This document shows positions 39,597-54,419 of a stretch of DNA of 64,000 nt, piece after piece. The DNA is from the human T2T-CHM13v2.0 reference genome, Homo sapiens. The notes under the pieces were generated by a model. The model ran no database searches, was not told the origin of the DNA, and saw nothing but the letters and a program-made list of their open reading frames with translations. A program made the translations under genes and the position numbers. The stretch lies in assembly GCF_009914755.1 (NCBI RefSeq), contig NC_060925.1, one strand, 5' to 3'. Positions within the stretch are counted from its first letter, which is position 1. Each line of letters begins with the position of its first letter.

Positions 39597-39859
39597 TGAA
39601 CAGGGATCATTTGTATCACTGTCAGGCTTCTACATATTTAACTTTTCTTTCTAGAGTTGCAAAACAGTACAAGACAAGGAAGGATACTGACCTGTAGAGA
39701 ATCAGAAAACCCCCAGAAGCATCCTGTCCTCTAGTCTAGACAAATCCTAGTAATCCACTGGAAGGATGCCTGTATTTGTCCATTTCAGAAACTGTCACAA
39801 TTTTTCCTTAACTAACAGCAGGAATTTTGATAGCCAAAAGTCATATTGTTTATTATCAC

Positions 39860-41580
39860 TGTGGGAGCCAAGGCCTTTGGCTCCCTGAAGTTTGCTGAAA
39901 ATCACTGACGCAAGGCAGATTAATAGGAAAAAAGGCATACAAACTTATTTAATATGTATACATAGAAGCCTTCAGAATGAAGACCCAACCTCCCAGTGAG
40001 GTGCAAAAGCTTATACGCCATCATGAGGTTACAGAAAGAATGAGTTTGGATCCTGCGGGAGAAAAGGAATTCTGTTGATGGGCAATAAATGATTACTAAA
40101 GAGAATGATTTGATCAGGAAACAAATTAACTTGTAAATAGTTTTCTTTGGAATTTAGATGACCATGAGAAGCAGGCATTAACTCATGAAAAGGTCTGTTC
40201 AGGTGTGGTTACATTTTTGGTCTTACAGGAGGAAAAGAAACCTACTGTTCTCCTTGGAGGGTCTGGATCTTAGGCAAATAAAGGAACTTCAGCTTTTTGG
40301 GAGAGACCGTGTGGAGCGGGGAAGGTCAGAGAGATCTTCAGGTTGCTTCTTCGGTTCAGTACTATATTTGGGGGTATCGATTTATAAACCCCAACATTAC
40401 CTAATGTATTGTTCCCGATGAGCCTCCCTCCAATCCCTTTTCCCCTGTATCCCAATGGCCGGAAACTTGTGGAAATTCTTCCCAAGGCCTCTAAAAGCAG
40501 CACTTGCTTTTGCCTGGTTGCTAATGCAAGTTGTGAATTGCGCACGTGAATCACTATCACTGTCCATCCACCACTCTCTTGCTCTAAGGCATTGAAACGG
40601 CACTGCAGAGAGACGCCAGGTAACAAAGACTCTCCTTAACCAAGCTCTAGCATGGCTTCTAGCAACTTAAGGCCTTGTCCCTAGGAGGACCTCAGCCCCC
40701 CGCTTAAAATGCCTGCCTGAAAAAGCTCATCGCTGTCAGAAAAATTTACTGTGCATCCCAGCCCAAACCTAGCAATAGACACAGGCCCCTGAACTTCATC
40801 TTAGTGCAATTACTTAGAAAGAAAGCTTGCAATTAAAACATCTTTCTCTGCCTCTTTGAGATGTAAATCTTCTACCCAGAGCTATTTTCACTGGGACCTG
40901 AGAGTTTCTTTGAAATGCAAACATTTGAGGAAATAAATCTTGCTCCAGCTCCCAACCAGGTGGGTGCCTTGCTCTAACTTGCACTACTAGCTCCTGTCGT
41001 AAAAATAGGTGCTTATTTCTCTTCTGGACAAGAGCCAATTCACAAATCCAGATTGTCTAGTCACATGGAGCAATTCTCCTTAATATCTTCATGCCTATCC
41101 CTTAGCACATCCCAGCCTTCAAAAGGCCTCCTGCATTTTTTTTTTTTTTTAAGGAAGTTAAGTTCAGTTCACCTTGGGCCCTCTTCCCTACTGCAATAGT
41201 TACTACTTAAAAAAACCTATCCTAGGCCGGGTGCAGTGGCTCACGCCTGTAATCCCAACACTTTGGGAGGCCGAGGTGGGCAGATCACCTGGGGTCAAAA
41301 GTTCAAAACCAGCCTGACCAACATGGAGAAACGCTGTCTCCACTAAAAATACAAAAAAATTAGCCGGGCGTGGTGGTGCATGCCTGTAATCCCAGCTATT
41401 CAGGAGGCTGAGGCAGGAGAATCGCTTGAACCCCGGACACGGAGGTTGCGGTGAGCCAAGATCGCGCCATTACCCTCCAGCCTGGGCGACAAGAGTGAAA
41501 CTCCATCTCAAATAAATAAATAAATACCTATCCTTACTTCTTGTCTAAACTATTGTCTGGCTTTGTTTAGCTTTGACACA
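39860..41580. mobile_element. Old ERV1 LTRs (MER34/MER4 group at about 39860-40396; MER31/MER67 group at about 40620-41580 with an Alu at 41225-41526)
   Basis: Recalled LTR motifs such as GCTGAAAATCACTGAC...CAGATTAATAGG and CTTTGAGATGTAAATCTTCT. Boundaries are approximate. Confidence 0.5.
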
Positions 41581-41866
41581 GGCTTTATAAGCCCACAAGT
41601 AACTTTAAGGCAAAGCCTTATAAATTCATCCAAGGCACTGACATTGAAGAATGTCTAACATTTCTGTGATATGCTTCAATCTCACTTCCAGCCTGTTCCA
41701 AACCTTCTTTTTAGTTTTCTACTTCCAGAGACTTTTTCCTTTGGTTAATCACCTTGTAATTCTTAGGTCTGATTCTCGAGCTAGCACATTTCAGCCCCTA
41801 CAAATAAATGCCTTCTCCCAAAATGTGCAGCTCTTTTGCCATGCTACATTCTATTTGTCTTTCTAG

Positions 41867-42286
<420 letters not shown>

Positions 42287-42648
42287 TAGCCAGGATGGTC
42301 TCGATCTCCTGACCTCGTGATCCGCCCGCCTCAGTCTCCCAAAGTCCTGGGATTACAGGTGTGAGCCACCGCGCCCGGCCGATCATGTATCTATTTCATC
42401 TAGACCTTATCTACCTCTTGAAATAACCAATTTAGTTTATTTTCCTTCCTGTGTTTGTTTCTGCAAAAATAAGCAAATATAGTATGCTTTCTTATTTCCC
42501 CTCCTTTCGTATCAAAAAGGTGGCCTTTTTTTTTTTAATTTTCTCATAGAGACAGGGTCTCACTTTGTTGCCCAGGCTAGTCTCAAACTCTTGGCCCCAA
42601 GCAATCCTTCCACCTCAGCCTTCCAAAGTGCTTGGATTATAGGTGTGA

Positions 42649-42906
<258 letters not shown>

Positions 42907-43133
42907 TGAACTCCTAACCTCGTGATCCACCTGCCTCGGCCTCCCAAAGTGCTGAGATTACAGGCGTGAGCCGCCGCACCAGGCGCCATTGTTTTTTTTA
43001 AATTGGGCAGCTTCCAGAACCTGCCCAGGCTCAGATAGACTCCCTATCAAGCTTTTGAATTTTTGCCAATCAGATAGGTAAGGTTAACTATTTTTATCCC
43101 CTCTTACTTATCTCCAGCGAACCAGGCCTGTTA

Positions 43134-43560
<427 letters not shown>

Positions 43561-43956
43561 TTACTTTTACTTACCTACTAAATTTCCTGCTCCTTCCTCC
43601 CTAAATGGAAAAAAAACCTGCATTCTAATCCCTTTCCTATGGGTTGCAGCATGTGCCACACTCTTTGAGGGAGGCTTCCATGTGGTCCTTATTGGGCACT
43701 TCAACATCTTAAATCATGAGTTGGGCTCAAAGGTAGGAGGAGTGGTACTGAACTCTAGGGTCCACTTTCTCAACATACCAGAGACAAGGAAATGAGGCTG
43801 GTTTGTTGGTTTGTTTGTTTGCTTGCTTGCTTGTTTGTTTTTTGGCCCTTCAACCTGCTCTACTGTCCACACACTAAGAACAAAGTGTTGGTGGTGGCAA
43901 CTTTGAAAAATTCAGGGCCGGCCTGAATGACTCATGCCTGTAATCCCAGCACTTTA

Positions 43957-44247
<291 letters not shown>

Positions 44248-44522
44248 TTACATGGCATCTCCCAACACTTCTCATTGGTTTCTCATTCACCCCTTTTTCT
44301 TCATTCCTCATTCTTTTGTGGCTGCTCCTAACCACTCTGCCTTCTGCATTCCTTTCTCCCTGGGGATGTTACAGACCACGACCAAAGTAATCTGCATTTT
44401 ATAAGTCTGCGTTGAAAAACAAATGACGCGGCGGGTGTGGTGGCACACACCTGTAATCCCAGCACTTTGGGAAGCCGAGGCGGGTGGATCACGAGGTCAG
44501 GAGATCGAGACTATCCTGGCTA

Positions 44523-45481
<959 letters not shown>

Positions 45482-45718
45482 TAAATGCTTGAAAAAGATT
45501 TGATAATTATTTCACAACACACAAAAATTATATAAAATTCACATTTTAGTGTCCACAAAAGAAGGTTCATTGGAACACAGCCATGATCATTGTCTATGGA
45601 TGCTTTCCCAATAGAACTGGAGTGGTATCATTGTATAGAGACCTGCAGAACCTGAAAAATTTATTCTCTAGCCCTTTACAGAAAGTATGCCAACCCTTGA
45701 GCCGGGCACGGTGGCTCA

Positions 45719-46128
<410 letters not shown>

Positions 46129-46820
46129 TTACTACAATTTTTAAGTGAGAAAACTAAGACTGACATAAAACTTTGTCAAGAGTCTGGAATTAAACAAGGT
46201 CTGCCTGACTTGGAAACCAGTATTTTTTTCCAGTGCACAACACCCCTTCCTTAAATCTCTGAGGGATACTACATTCTGAATTAATACAAGCAGTATCCAT
46301 CCACTGGCCCTAATTTTCTCCCTTCAGTCCATTAATACAGTATATCTAGACTATAATTTTGTTTTCCCTGAGTCTTTATTATCTGGGCTTAATGCTGATT
46401 CTTCAGAAGTTTCTACATGACAAAATTTTAGGTCCCTTCACCCTCCAGATCACTCCTCTGAATATATTCATTTGTTGATAATGCCCTTAAAGTTTGGCAC
46501 TTAAGACAGAACTTGATGCAGGGGAAGGGTGCTGTCAGCAGAGTGCCTCCCTAGTTCTAAAAATTCTACATCTTTCCTACTTTATCTATGAAGAGTTGAC
46601 TTTTTGAACCCAAAGGCAGAATCTGACTTATTACTATTGAATTTCAATTCAATAAAATTTAATAAGCTGGAGTTTACCATTCCTGACTATTTGAATCCTC
46701 ATTCTGCACACTGAGAATGTTGCAATTCCTACTAACTCCTTGCCGTCCACAAATATGATATGCATGCCTTCTGTTTTTCATCCCGGTCACTGGCAAAATT
46801 GCATTAAGTTTTATCCTTTA

Positions 46821-46838
46821 CTCCAGAAGGTGGCACTC
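46821..46838 (+). promoter_or_regulatory. Candidate CTCF site
   Basis: CTCCAGAAGGTGGCACTC is one mismatch from CCAGCAGGTGGCAC. Confidence 0.45.
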
Positions 46839-47393
46839 ATAGGCCCTCCATTTCATAAAGAGCCTCATACTTAATATGCCTCACTCTGTCCAGAGTCTGT
46901 CTGTTGGGATAGCAGACTCAAGTGAGATTTTGTCACACTTCAGGGGAAACCGTAGGTCAAACATCATCACTTTTTTTTTTTTTTTTTTTTTTTGAGACTC
47001 AGTCTCACTGTCACCCAGGCGAGAGTGCAGTGGCGCCGTCTCGGCTCACTGTGATGTCTGCCTCTCAGGTTCAAGCAATTCTCGTGCCTCAGCCTCTCGT
47101 GTAGCTGCAGTTACAGGCACACACCACCACCCCACCCAGCTAATTTTTGGTTTTTTGTTTTTTTGTTTTTTGAGATGGAGTTTTGCTCTTGTTGCCCAGG
47201 CTGGAGTGCAATGGCGTGATCTCGGCTCACGCAACCTCTGCCTCCCGGGTTCAAGCGATTCTCCCGCCTCAGCCTCCTGAGTAGCTGGGATTATAGGCAT
47301 GCACCACCATGCCCGGCTAATTTTTGTATTTTTAGTAGAGACAGGGTTTCTCCATGTTGGTCAGGCTGGTCTTGAACTCCCAACCTCAGGTGA

Positions 47394-47600
<207 letters not shown>

Positions 47601-48329
47601 TAATGTTCTCTCTCCTCAAACCCAGATACCCACCTCTACAAAAAAAAAGTTAACTTCTGTTTCCACTCCTCCTCCTTCATTCTTTTCCATTCTGGGTCAC
47701 TGAGCAGGATATAGGTTACCCAACCTCCCCTCCCCAGGATCTTAATCCCGGACCTACCATTTGCCTAGTACTGGTTGTGTGAACTTGGGCAAATTCCTTA
47801 GCATTTCTCTGCCTCTCTTCCCCATCTGAGAAACAGAGATAGTAATAGTACCCAGTAAATAAGTTAATGGATGATAGTAGTAAGAAAAAATGGGCTAGGC
47901 ACGGTGGCTCACACCTGTAATCCCAGCACTTTGGGAGGCCAAGGTGGGTGGATCACGAGATCAGGAGTTTAAGACCAGCCTGGCCAAGCTGGTGAAACCC
48001 TGTCTCCACTAAAACTATTAAAAAAAAAATTATCCGGGTGCAGTGGCAGGCGCCTGTAATCCCAGCTGCTCGGGAGGCTGAGGCAGGAGAATCGCTTGAA
48101 CTCAGAGGGAGAAGTTGCAGTGAGCTGAGATCGCTCCACTGCACTCCAGCCTGGGTGATAGAGTAAGACTCAGTCTCAAAAAAAAAAAAAAAGAAAGAAA
48201 AGAAAAGAAAAAATGTTCCGTTTCATATCAGATTTTCATAGCTAGTACCAGAGAAGGGGTAATAAGCTGGAAAAGCTAAAGAATTGGATATTTTTTAATG
48301 CAAATTGTTGTTTTTCTTCATTTGTCTAC

Positions 48330-48335
48330 TTTATT
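48330..48335 (-). terminator. F11R: Distal poly(A) signal AATAAA
   Basis: TTTATT on the + strand. Confidence 0.6.
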
Positions 48336-48537
48336 AAGCTGTCCTCAGGCCCCAAGAAACATACTGTCCCCTCATTTAGAAACAGACTAACTCCGTTTTC
48401 CTCCACTATCCCCTCCCCTGTCCTTGATCTGTAGATCCTGTTAAGACAGGAAAAACAGTGTTGGTCAAAGGGTACACGCTTTCAGTTACAAGATGAACAA
48501 GTTCTGAATACGTAAGATAGAACATGGGAGGTGATGT

Positions 48538-48870
<333 letters not shown>

Positions 48871-49277
48871 TCATTACACAAATGTATGTGCATATCAAAC
48901 CATGTTGTATACTTTGAAGAAAATAAAAAAACGACAGGAACAACAAACACATCCTTAACACTCAATCATTTTATCCCAGATTATGCTGAGTTCATGTCTC
49001 AGGGGAAACACCAAAATCCATGGAACTGCTCTCATTTTTTATCCCCTAAATGTCACTTTAACATAGGAAATGTCCATTGTGGGGTTATTTGCATTTAAAC
49101 ACAGGCCAATGAAAAAAGCTAAATTAAAACGTAATTATCAAGGTAATGGAAAGATATCCTAATCTCTTAATTAACAAGACTATCAGGAATATTTTGAATG
49201 TCCAATCACTCTAGGAGTCCCAATTCTCTTAAGGTAAGAACTTCAGGATTTAAACAAACTCAATGTGAAAATAAACA

Positions 49278-49283
49278 TTTATT
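49278..49283 (-). terminator. F11R: Poly(A) signal AATAAA
   Basis: TTTATT on the + strand, followed on the minus strand by U/GU-rich sequence (TGTTTATTTTCACATTGAGTTTGTTT). Confidence 0.6.
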
Positions 49284-49551
49284 ATAAAAATTAGTTTTGA
49301 CATTTTAAAGTGAATGCAGACAAGGTGTTTTCCAGTTCAAAAGGTCCATTGTAAGCTAGAGAAGTAAATTCCAAGGCTGGCAATAACTGACTCATATTCT
49401 TCACAAGTGGCCTAGACAATAAGGAACCATTCACCTCAAATTCACAGAGCCATGAATCACCTCTGCTTCCCCATGACCTTTTCCATATCCTTCCTACTCT
49501 GTCTTCCAACCATGACACAGAACTGAAACATACTTTAAAAATCTCATCCTT

Positions 49552-49866
49552 GGCTAGGCACGGTGGCTCACATCTGTAATCCCATCACTTTGGGAGGCCA
49601 AGGCAGGCGGATCAAGAGGTCAGGAGTTTGAGACCAGCCCGACCAACATGGTGAAACCCTGTCTCTACTAAAAACACAAAAATTAGCCAGGCATGGTGGC
49701 ACGCACCCGTAATCCCAGCTACTCAGGAGACTGAGGCAGGAGAATGGCTTGAACCCGGGAGGCGGAGGTTACAGTGAGCCAAGATCATACCACTGCACTC
49801 CAGCCTGGGTGACAGAGCGAGACTCCGTCTTTAAAAAAACAAAACAAAACAAAACAAAAAACAACA
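49552..49866 (+). mobile_element. AluS in the F11R 3'UTR (antisense in the mRNA)
   Basis: Full dimer with an (AAAAC)n tail. Confidence 0.92.
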
Positions 49867-49901
49867 AACTCATCTTTACTGAACCATTTCATAAGCTCTA
49901 C

Positions 49902-49951
49902 TTTATTTGTCTAGTTGGATTTCATTTCTTCTGGAAAATTTATTGTTTATT
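49902..49951 (-). terminator. F11R: Cluster of three AATAAA poly(A) signals
   Basis: TTTATT at 49902-49907, 49939-49944 and 49946-49951. Confidence 0.55.
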
Positions 49952-50778
49952 GGCATGTGACCCTTGACTGATGGCTTCATTAGCATTTTGTTTTTCTTTT
50001 TGGATCCTTAATAGAAAACTCAATTCTGTTAGGGATTTCCAAATAGGATAGGGCAAAGTCGCACTTAGTATATCCTCCACAGAAAGAAAGAAGCAAAATC
50101 AAGCCAAGAGGGCCCTTTACTTGTCCTCTTGCTAAGTTAATAAATAGACTGGTGGATGGTGGTAGATGGAGAAACAAAAATGTAAGGGCAGAGAAGGGTC
50201 CAAATGGGGAGGAAGAAAGCAATGACAGCCAGGCTGTCCGGCTCATTCCTGTTCATTCACATGCAGACCACCCATGATCTGGTCTTCAAATTTCTTCTGA
50301 ATTCCACCCCACTAAATACAGTAGCAGTTACTACTTTAAACTACTACTAAAGCACTTGTTCTCCAAATGACCTGAGAAATCCCCTTGCCTCAGCTCTGGG
50401 ACAGTAGTTCCTACAGCTGTAGGGAGGTCTGTTAATGCACCTGGCTGAACAGGAGGTACAAGAGTAAGTACCTTCTCTCACTTGGTGGAACAGGCCAAGG
50501 AGATCCCCCAAGTACAGCATCAGCTTCACCCTGTGTACCTTCCTCCAGCAAAGGAAGGCCTGGCCACAAGAGGGCTCTGGAATGAAGGCCTGAAATTCAG
50601 AAGCTCTGCCTTGAGATAAGAACCAGGAAGGGGCAGGACCAGGCACTGGGAACCAGCCCCAGGTTGCTGGGAAGCAAGGCTTTGAGGCATTTTCCTGTTG
50701 TACAAAGGAGCCTAGGAACCCTCAAAGACCTTTTCCCCTACTTACTTCCCACAAAAAAGAGCCTTGACAAACCAAGGT

Positions 50779-50784
50779 TTTATT
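50779..50784 (-). terminator. F11R: Proximal poly(A) signal AATAAA
   Basis: TTTATT on the + strand. Downstream on the minus strand are the U/GU-rich TTTGTC and TTTTTTGTG. Confidence 0.6.
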
Positions 50785-51022
50785 TCCAGCAACATTCAGC
50801 TGATACAAACACATAGAAATACAATCTCACCAAAGAGCTAAGAAGCCCTCCAACACACGCCCAATTTCAGCATACAGCTAAGACTACACAACACACACAC
50901 AAGCTCAACAAAGAGCTAAGACCACTACACACATCTCCACAGCACCACAGGCACATCTCAAAAGGGTCTGTCCAGTAGTTCCAGCCAAGGGAAGGGTGAT
51001 GGCCTAAGCCACCAGCTCCAGC

Positions 51023-51238
51023 TTTCTTTTCTTTCTTTTTTTTTTTGAGCTGGAGTTTTGCTCTTGTTGCCAGGCTCCTGAGCAGCTGGGATTACAGGCA
51101 TGCACCACTATGCCTGGCTAACTTTGTATTTTTAGTAGGGTTTCTCCATGTTGGTCAGGCTGATCTTGAACTCCTGACCTCAGGTGATCCGCCTGCCTCA
51201 GCCTCTGGGATTATAGGCGTGAGCCACTGCGCCCAGCC
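51023..51238 (-). mobile_element. Internally deleted Alu in the F11R 3'UTR (sense in the mRNA)
   Basis: CAGGCT is joined directly to CCTGAGCAGCTGGG. The TSD-like TCCAG(C/T)TTTCTTT flanks both ends. Confidence 0.9.
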
Positions 51239-51936
51239 TCCAGTTTTCTTTTCTTTAGAGCAGCGGTTTTAAATCCTTTTGGCTTCAAGTTCTCTGAAAA
51301 TTTACTATGCTCTCCACAACAAGAGCTCCCATTTTCCACAGACACAGTCAATGTCAGTCAGCTTGTATTCAGGAGGACAGGGCAGAGGGATCCCAGTGGC
51401 ACTTCCCATGGGAAGACAGAAGAGAGTGGGCCCCAGAGATGGAAGGACCCCAGTGTCATCACCAAACAACCATTTCAGCCGCTCTAGCCTCTAATTCCCG
51501 CTCTAGAACAGCTGGCCCTGGTCGTCAGTACACAAGGAAAGAGCCCAGAACCAAGCTCAAGATACCTATTCAAAGATCCCTGCCAGCCAGGTGGGCAGTT
51601 GAGTGCAGATTCCTGCGACCCCCGCCATTTTTGCTGTCTACTTAGAAGGGAAGTCAATGGCATACCCAGGATTCCTTCCTGATCCCTCAAAGAAATGGGG
51701 AATAAACACTTTAAACAAGTTCCAGGCCACTCAGCAGTGGTAGGAAAGGGAGGGAGGGCATGAAGGAGGATGGGGCACATAGCTGACATTATTAAAAACA
51801 CATCCGAAGAAGTAGGGGGCCCTGTGGGGTGTAGAAGACAAATAAGGCATCCTGTGAAACTACAGACATCAGGGGCCAGAGTCCGGTAGCACCTGAGTAA
51901 GGCAAATGCAGATGATAGGCGGTGAGCCGACCAGGC

Positions 51937-51972
51937 TCACACCAGGAATGACGAGGTCTGTTTGAATTCTCC
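51937..51972 (-). CDS. F11R: JAM-A exon 10, coding part (GEFKQTSSFLV*, PDZ-binding motif)
   Basis: Acceptor CTGCAG|; TGA at 51937-51939. Confidence 0.97.
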   Translation of the reverse strand, partial: GEFKQTSSFLV

Positions 51973-52108
51973 CTGCAGAAATAAAACATCCAGTCAACTC
52001 TCAATAGTCTTCTTTAGCTGATAATCCCCAAAACACATAAACATGGGCTAGAAATCTCCTCACTCCAGCCCCAGGTGGCCCACCCCTGCCCAGGGGAGGC
52101 ATACTCAC

Positions 52109-52157
52109 TTCACTTCGGGCACTAGGCTGGCTGTAAATCACCTTCTTACTCGAAGTC
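52109..52157 (-). CDS. F11R: JAM-A exon 9 ((G)TSSKKVIYSQPSARSE)
   Basis: Acceptor CACAG| and donor |GTGAGT; 49 nt. Confidence 0.96.
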
Positions 52158-52461
52158 CTGTGAACAAGCCAGAAGACAGAGACACTCAGCCACCTAGGTG
52201 CTTATTAACCTCCCCTTGCCAACTTTAAAGGCCAGAAGCGAGAATGCTACAGAAGCACAGAGTGCGCAGCAGACAGGTATGGGTGGGGTAACAGGACAGA
52301 CCCAGGGCCAAGGCCACAGAGAAAGGGCTGGATATCCAAATGCCTTCCCTCCAAACTGGTTGCTTCTGCCTTCAACCCATTCCCCTAGGCCCACTTCAGC
52401 TTCAAACCACATGCATCCATGCTCTCAAACTTGGAGAACCCCAGGACAGCACCTCACTCAC

Positions 52462-52474
52462 CCTTTCTTTGTTC
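52462..52474 (-). CDS. F11R: JAM-A exon 8, a 13-nt microexon ((R)TKK(G))
   Basis: Reads TTCTCTTTCAG|GAACAAAGAAAGG|GTGAGT and is required to restore the frame between exons 7 and 9. Confidence 0.93.
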
Positions 52475-52705
52475 CTGAAAGAGAAGAAATGGGATCATGA
52501 GTGTCAGCAGGACAGAAGACAGCATGGCTTGGGAAGATGGAGGGGCAGGCCCCCAGCTCTTGGTGTTAGATGGGTGATCAGTGTTCCCCAGGGGACAACA
52601 CCCACACACATGAGCACAGTATCAGGGTCAGTACTCAGATGACACCCATGCCAGGCCCTGGGATGGGGGCAGTACAAAGGAGAGCCTCTGGGGGCAGATA
52701 CTTAC

Positions 52706-52813
52706 TGTCAAAGTGGCCTCGGCTATAGGCAAACCAGATGCCAAAAACCAAGATTCCCAGGAGAATCAGGGTTACAAGGACGGCTGCCACGATGACCCCC
52801 ACATTCCGCTCCA
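52706..52813 (-). CDS. F11R: JAM-A exon 7, transmembrane ((V)[35 protein letters not shown])
   Basis: Acceptor CGCAG| and donor |GTAAGT; 108 nt. Confidence 0.97.
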
Positions 52814-52941
52814 CTGCGAGACACAAATAAGAAGTCAGGCACGGGGATACTCACTCACGGCACCTACAGTATCACCAATGGCAGGATGAAAAGCAGACCC
52901 CAATCCCCACCCCAGGTCTGGGCTCAAGCCCTAACTCTCAC

Positions 52942-53044
52942 CAGCTTCCATGCGCACAGCATTTGAAGTCATGGGTGTCCCATACCCATTCCGTGCCTCA
53001 CAGCTGTATTCTCCAGTATCAGAGGCTGACAGGGGATCAAAGAC
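52942..53044 (-). CDS. F11R: JAM-A exon 6 (VFDPLSASDTGEYSCEARNGYGTPMTSNAVRMEA)
   Basis: Acceptor CCTCAG| and donor |GTGAGA; 103 nt; Ig DxGxYxC motif. Confidence 0.97.
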
Positions 53045-53211
53045 CTGAGGAAGGAAAACAAATTGGCTTCCTGCTGAAGAAGCAAAATAGACATTTTTTA
53101 ATGTCTCTTGACCCCAGTTCCAAGTTCACCCTGTTGCCTGTTCTTCCTCCCACCTTTTGGGGTTCTATAACTGCATCCCCCACACATCTTTCACCACCAC
53201 CCCATACATAC

Positions 53212-53414
53212 CAGCTCTCCTGTTGTGGGATTCAGGACATAGGAAGAGTTGCTGAAGGCACGGGTGCTTTTGGGATTCGTAGGCATCACTATCCCATCTT
53301 TGAACCAGGTGTATTCAGAAGGTGGGGAACCATCTTGTTCTGAGCATGTCAGCACTGCCCGGTTCCCAATGGTGGCAGAGGAGGGGATGTTAACTGTAGG
53401 CTTGGATGGAGGCA
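53212..53414 (-). CDS. F11R: JAM-A exon 5 ((V)[23 protein letters not shown]...NPTTGEL)
   Basis: Acceptor CCACAG| and donor |GTATGT; 203 nt; second Ig domain. Confidence 0.97.
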
Positions 53415-53696
53415 CTGTGGAAGAGAAAGACAGAAGGTGCTGAGTACAGGGTGGGGGCTGCTTGAGTCTAAGTAACCAACTACAATGGTACCCCCAACTA
53501 CTCAGCTCAAGCCTCCTACTCTCACCATGCCCCTGGCTGCCACCTAACCAGGGGCTCATCTCCCTCTCTGGCAGCTCCAGGACTCTGAATAGCCCACCTG
53601 TGGGTATTCTCACCATCAAAGAGCTCCAAAGTGCAGCAGAGCCTGCTATGAGAAGTAACTAACTCCAGGCCCACCCAGAAGACATGGGGCACGTAC

Positions 53697-53843
53697 CAAG
53701 CACGATGAGCTTGACCTTGACCTCCCCATAGCTGTTGCCGCCTTCCTCAGAGACCATACAAGTGTATGTCCCAGTGTCTTCCCGTGTCACGGACTTGAAG
53801 GTGATACCAGTTGGCAAGAAGGTCACCCGGTCCTCATAGGAAG
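53697..53843 (-). CDS. F11R: JAM-A exon 4 ((A)[48 protein letters not shown])
   Basis: Acceptor GGTAG| and donor |GTACGT; 147 nt. Confidence 0.97.
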
Positions 53844-54085
53844 CTACCACAAGAGGAGGCAAGAGCAAGGACAGAGTGAACTGGAGAGCTAAGGGAGGCT
53901 GATGAAGGGGGCATCCAAGGTACGCAAGTGCTCTCCTCTTCCCCCAGAAAGGGGGGTAGGAAGGCCATGAGGACTTCAGCCCCAGGGTGTGCCCTGGGAT
54001 AAGGGCACAAAGTCTGGATCGTAGAATCCAGGCATGATAATCCCTCCACAACCTAGGCAATCAGGAAGGAGGAGAAGCAACTCAC

Positions 54086-54193
54086 CTGTGATCTTGTTAT
54101 TATAGCAAACGAGTCTGGTGGTGTCTCCTTGGTCAAACTTCCACTCCACACGGGGAGAAGAAAAGCCCGAGTAGGCACAGGACAACTTCACAG
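54086..54193 (-). CDS. F11R: JAM-A exon 3 ((P)[35 protein letters not shown]), containing the RVE dimerisation motif
   Basis: Acceptor CTGCAG| and donor |GTGAGT; 108 nt. Confidence 0.97.
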
Positions 54194-54350
54194 CTGCAGA
54201 CAGGGTCAAAATGAGCCGAAGGAAGAAGCAGCAGCAAATACACGAGATGGGGAACAGCCCCAAACTGCAGGCTGGGCTGGGTGCTCTCTAGATCCCCAGG
54301 CGGCCGGCAACTGCTCACCCTCACACCCTCCATGGCCCCTCCCAACTCAC

Positions 54351-54419
54351 GATTATTCTCAGGAATTCTGACTTCAGGTTCAGAAGAGTGCACTGTAACA
54401 CTGCCCAATGCCAGGGAGC
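54351..54419 (-). CDS. F11R: JAM-A exon 2 ((C)SLALGSVTVHSSEPEVRIPENN)
   Basis: Acceptor TCCTTAG| and donor |GTGAGT; 69 nt. Exon 1 is not in the window. Confidence 0.96.
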
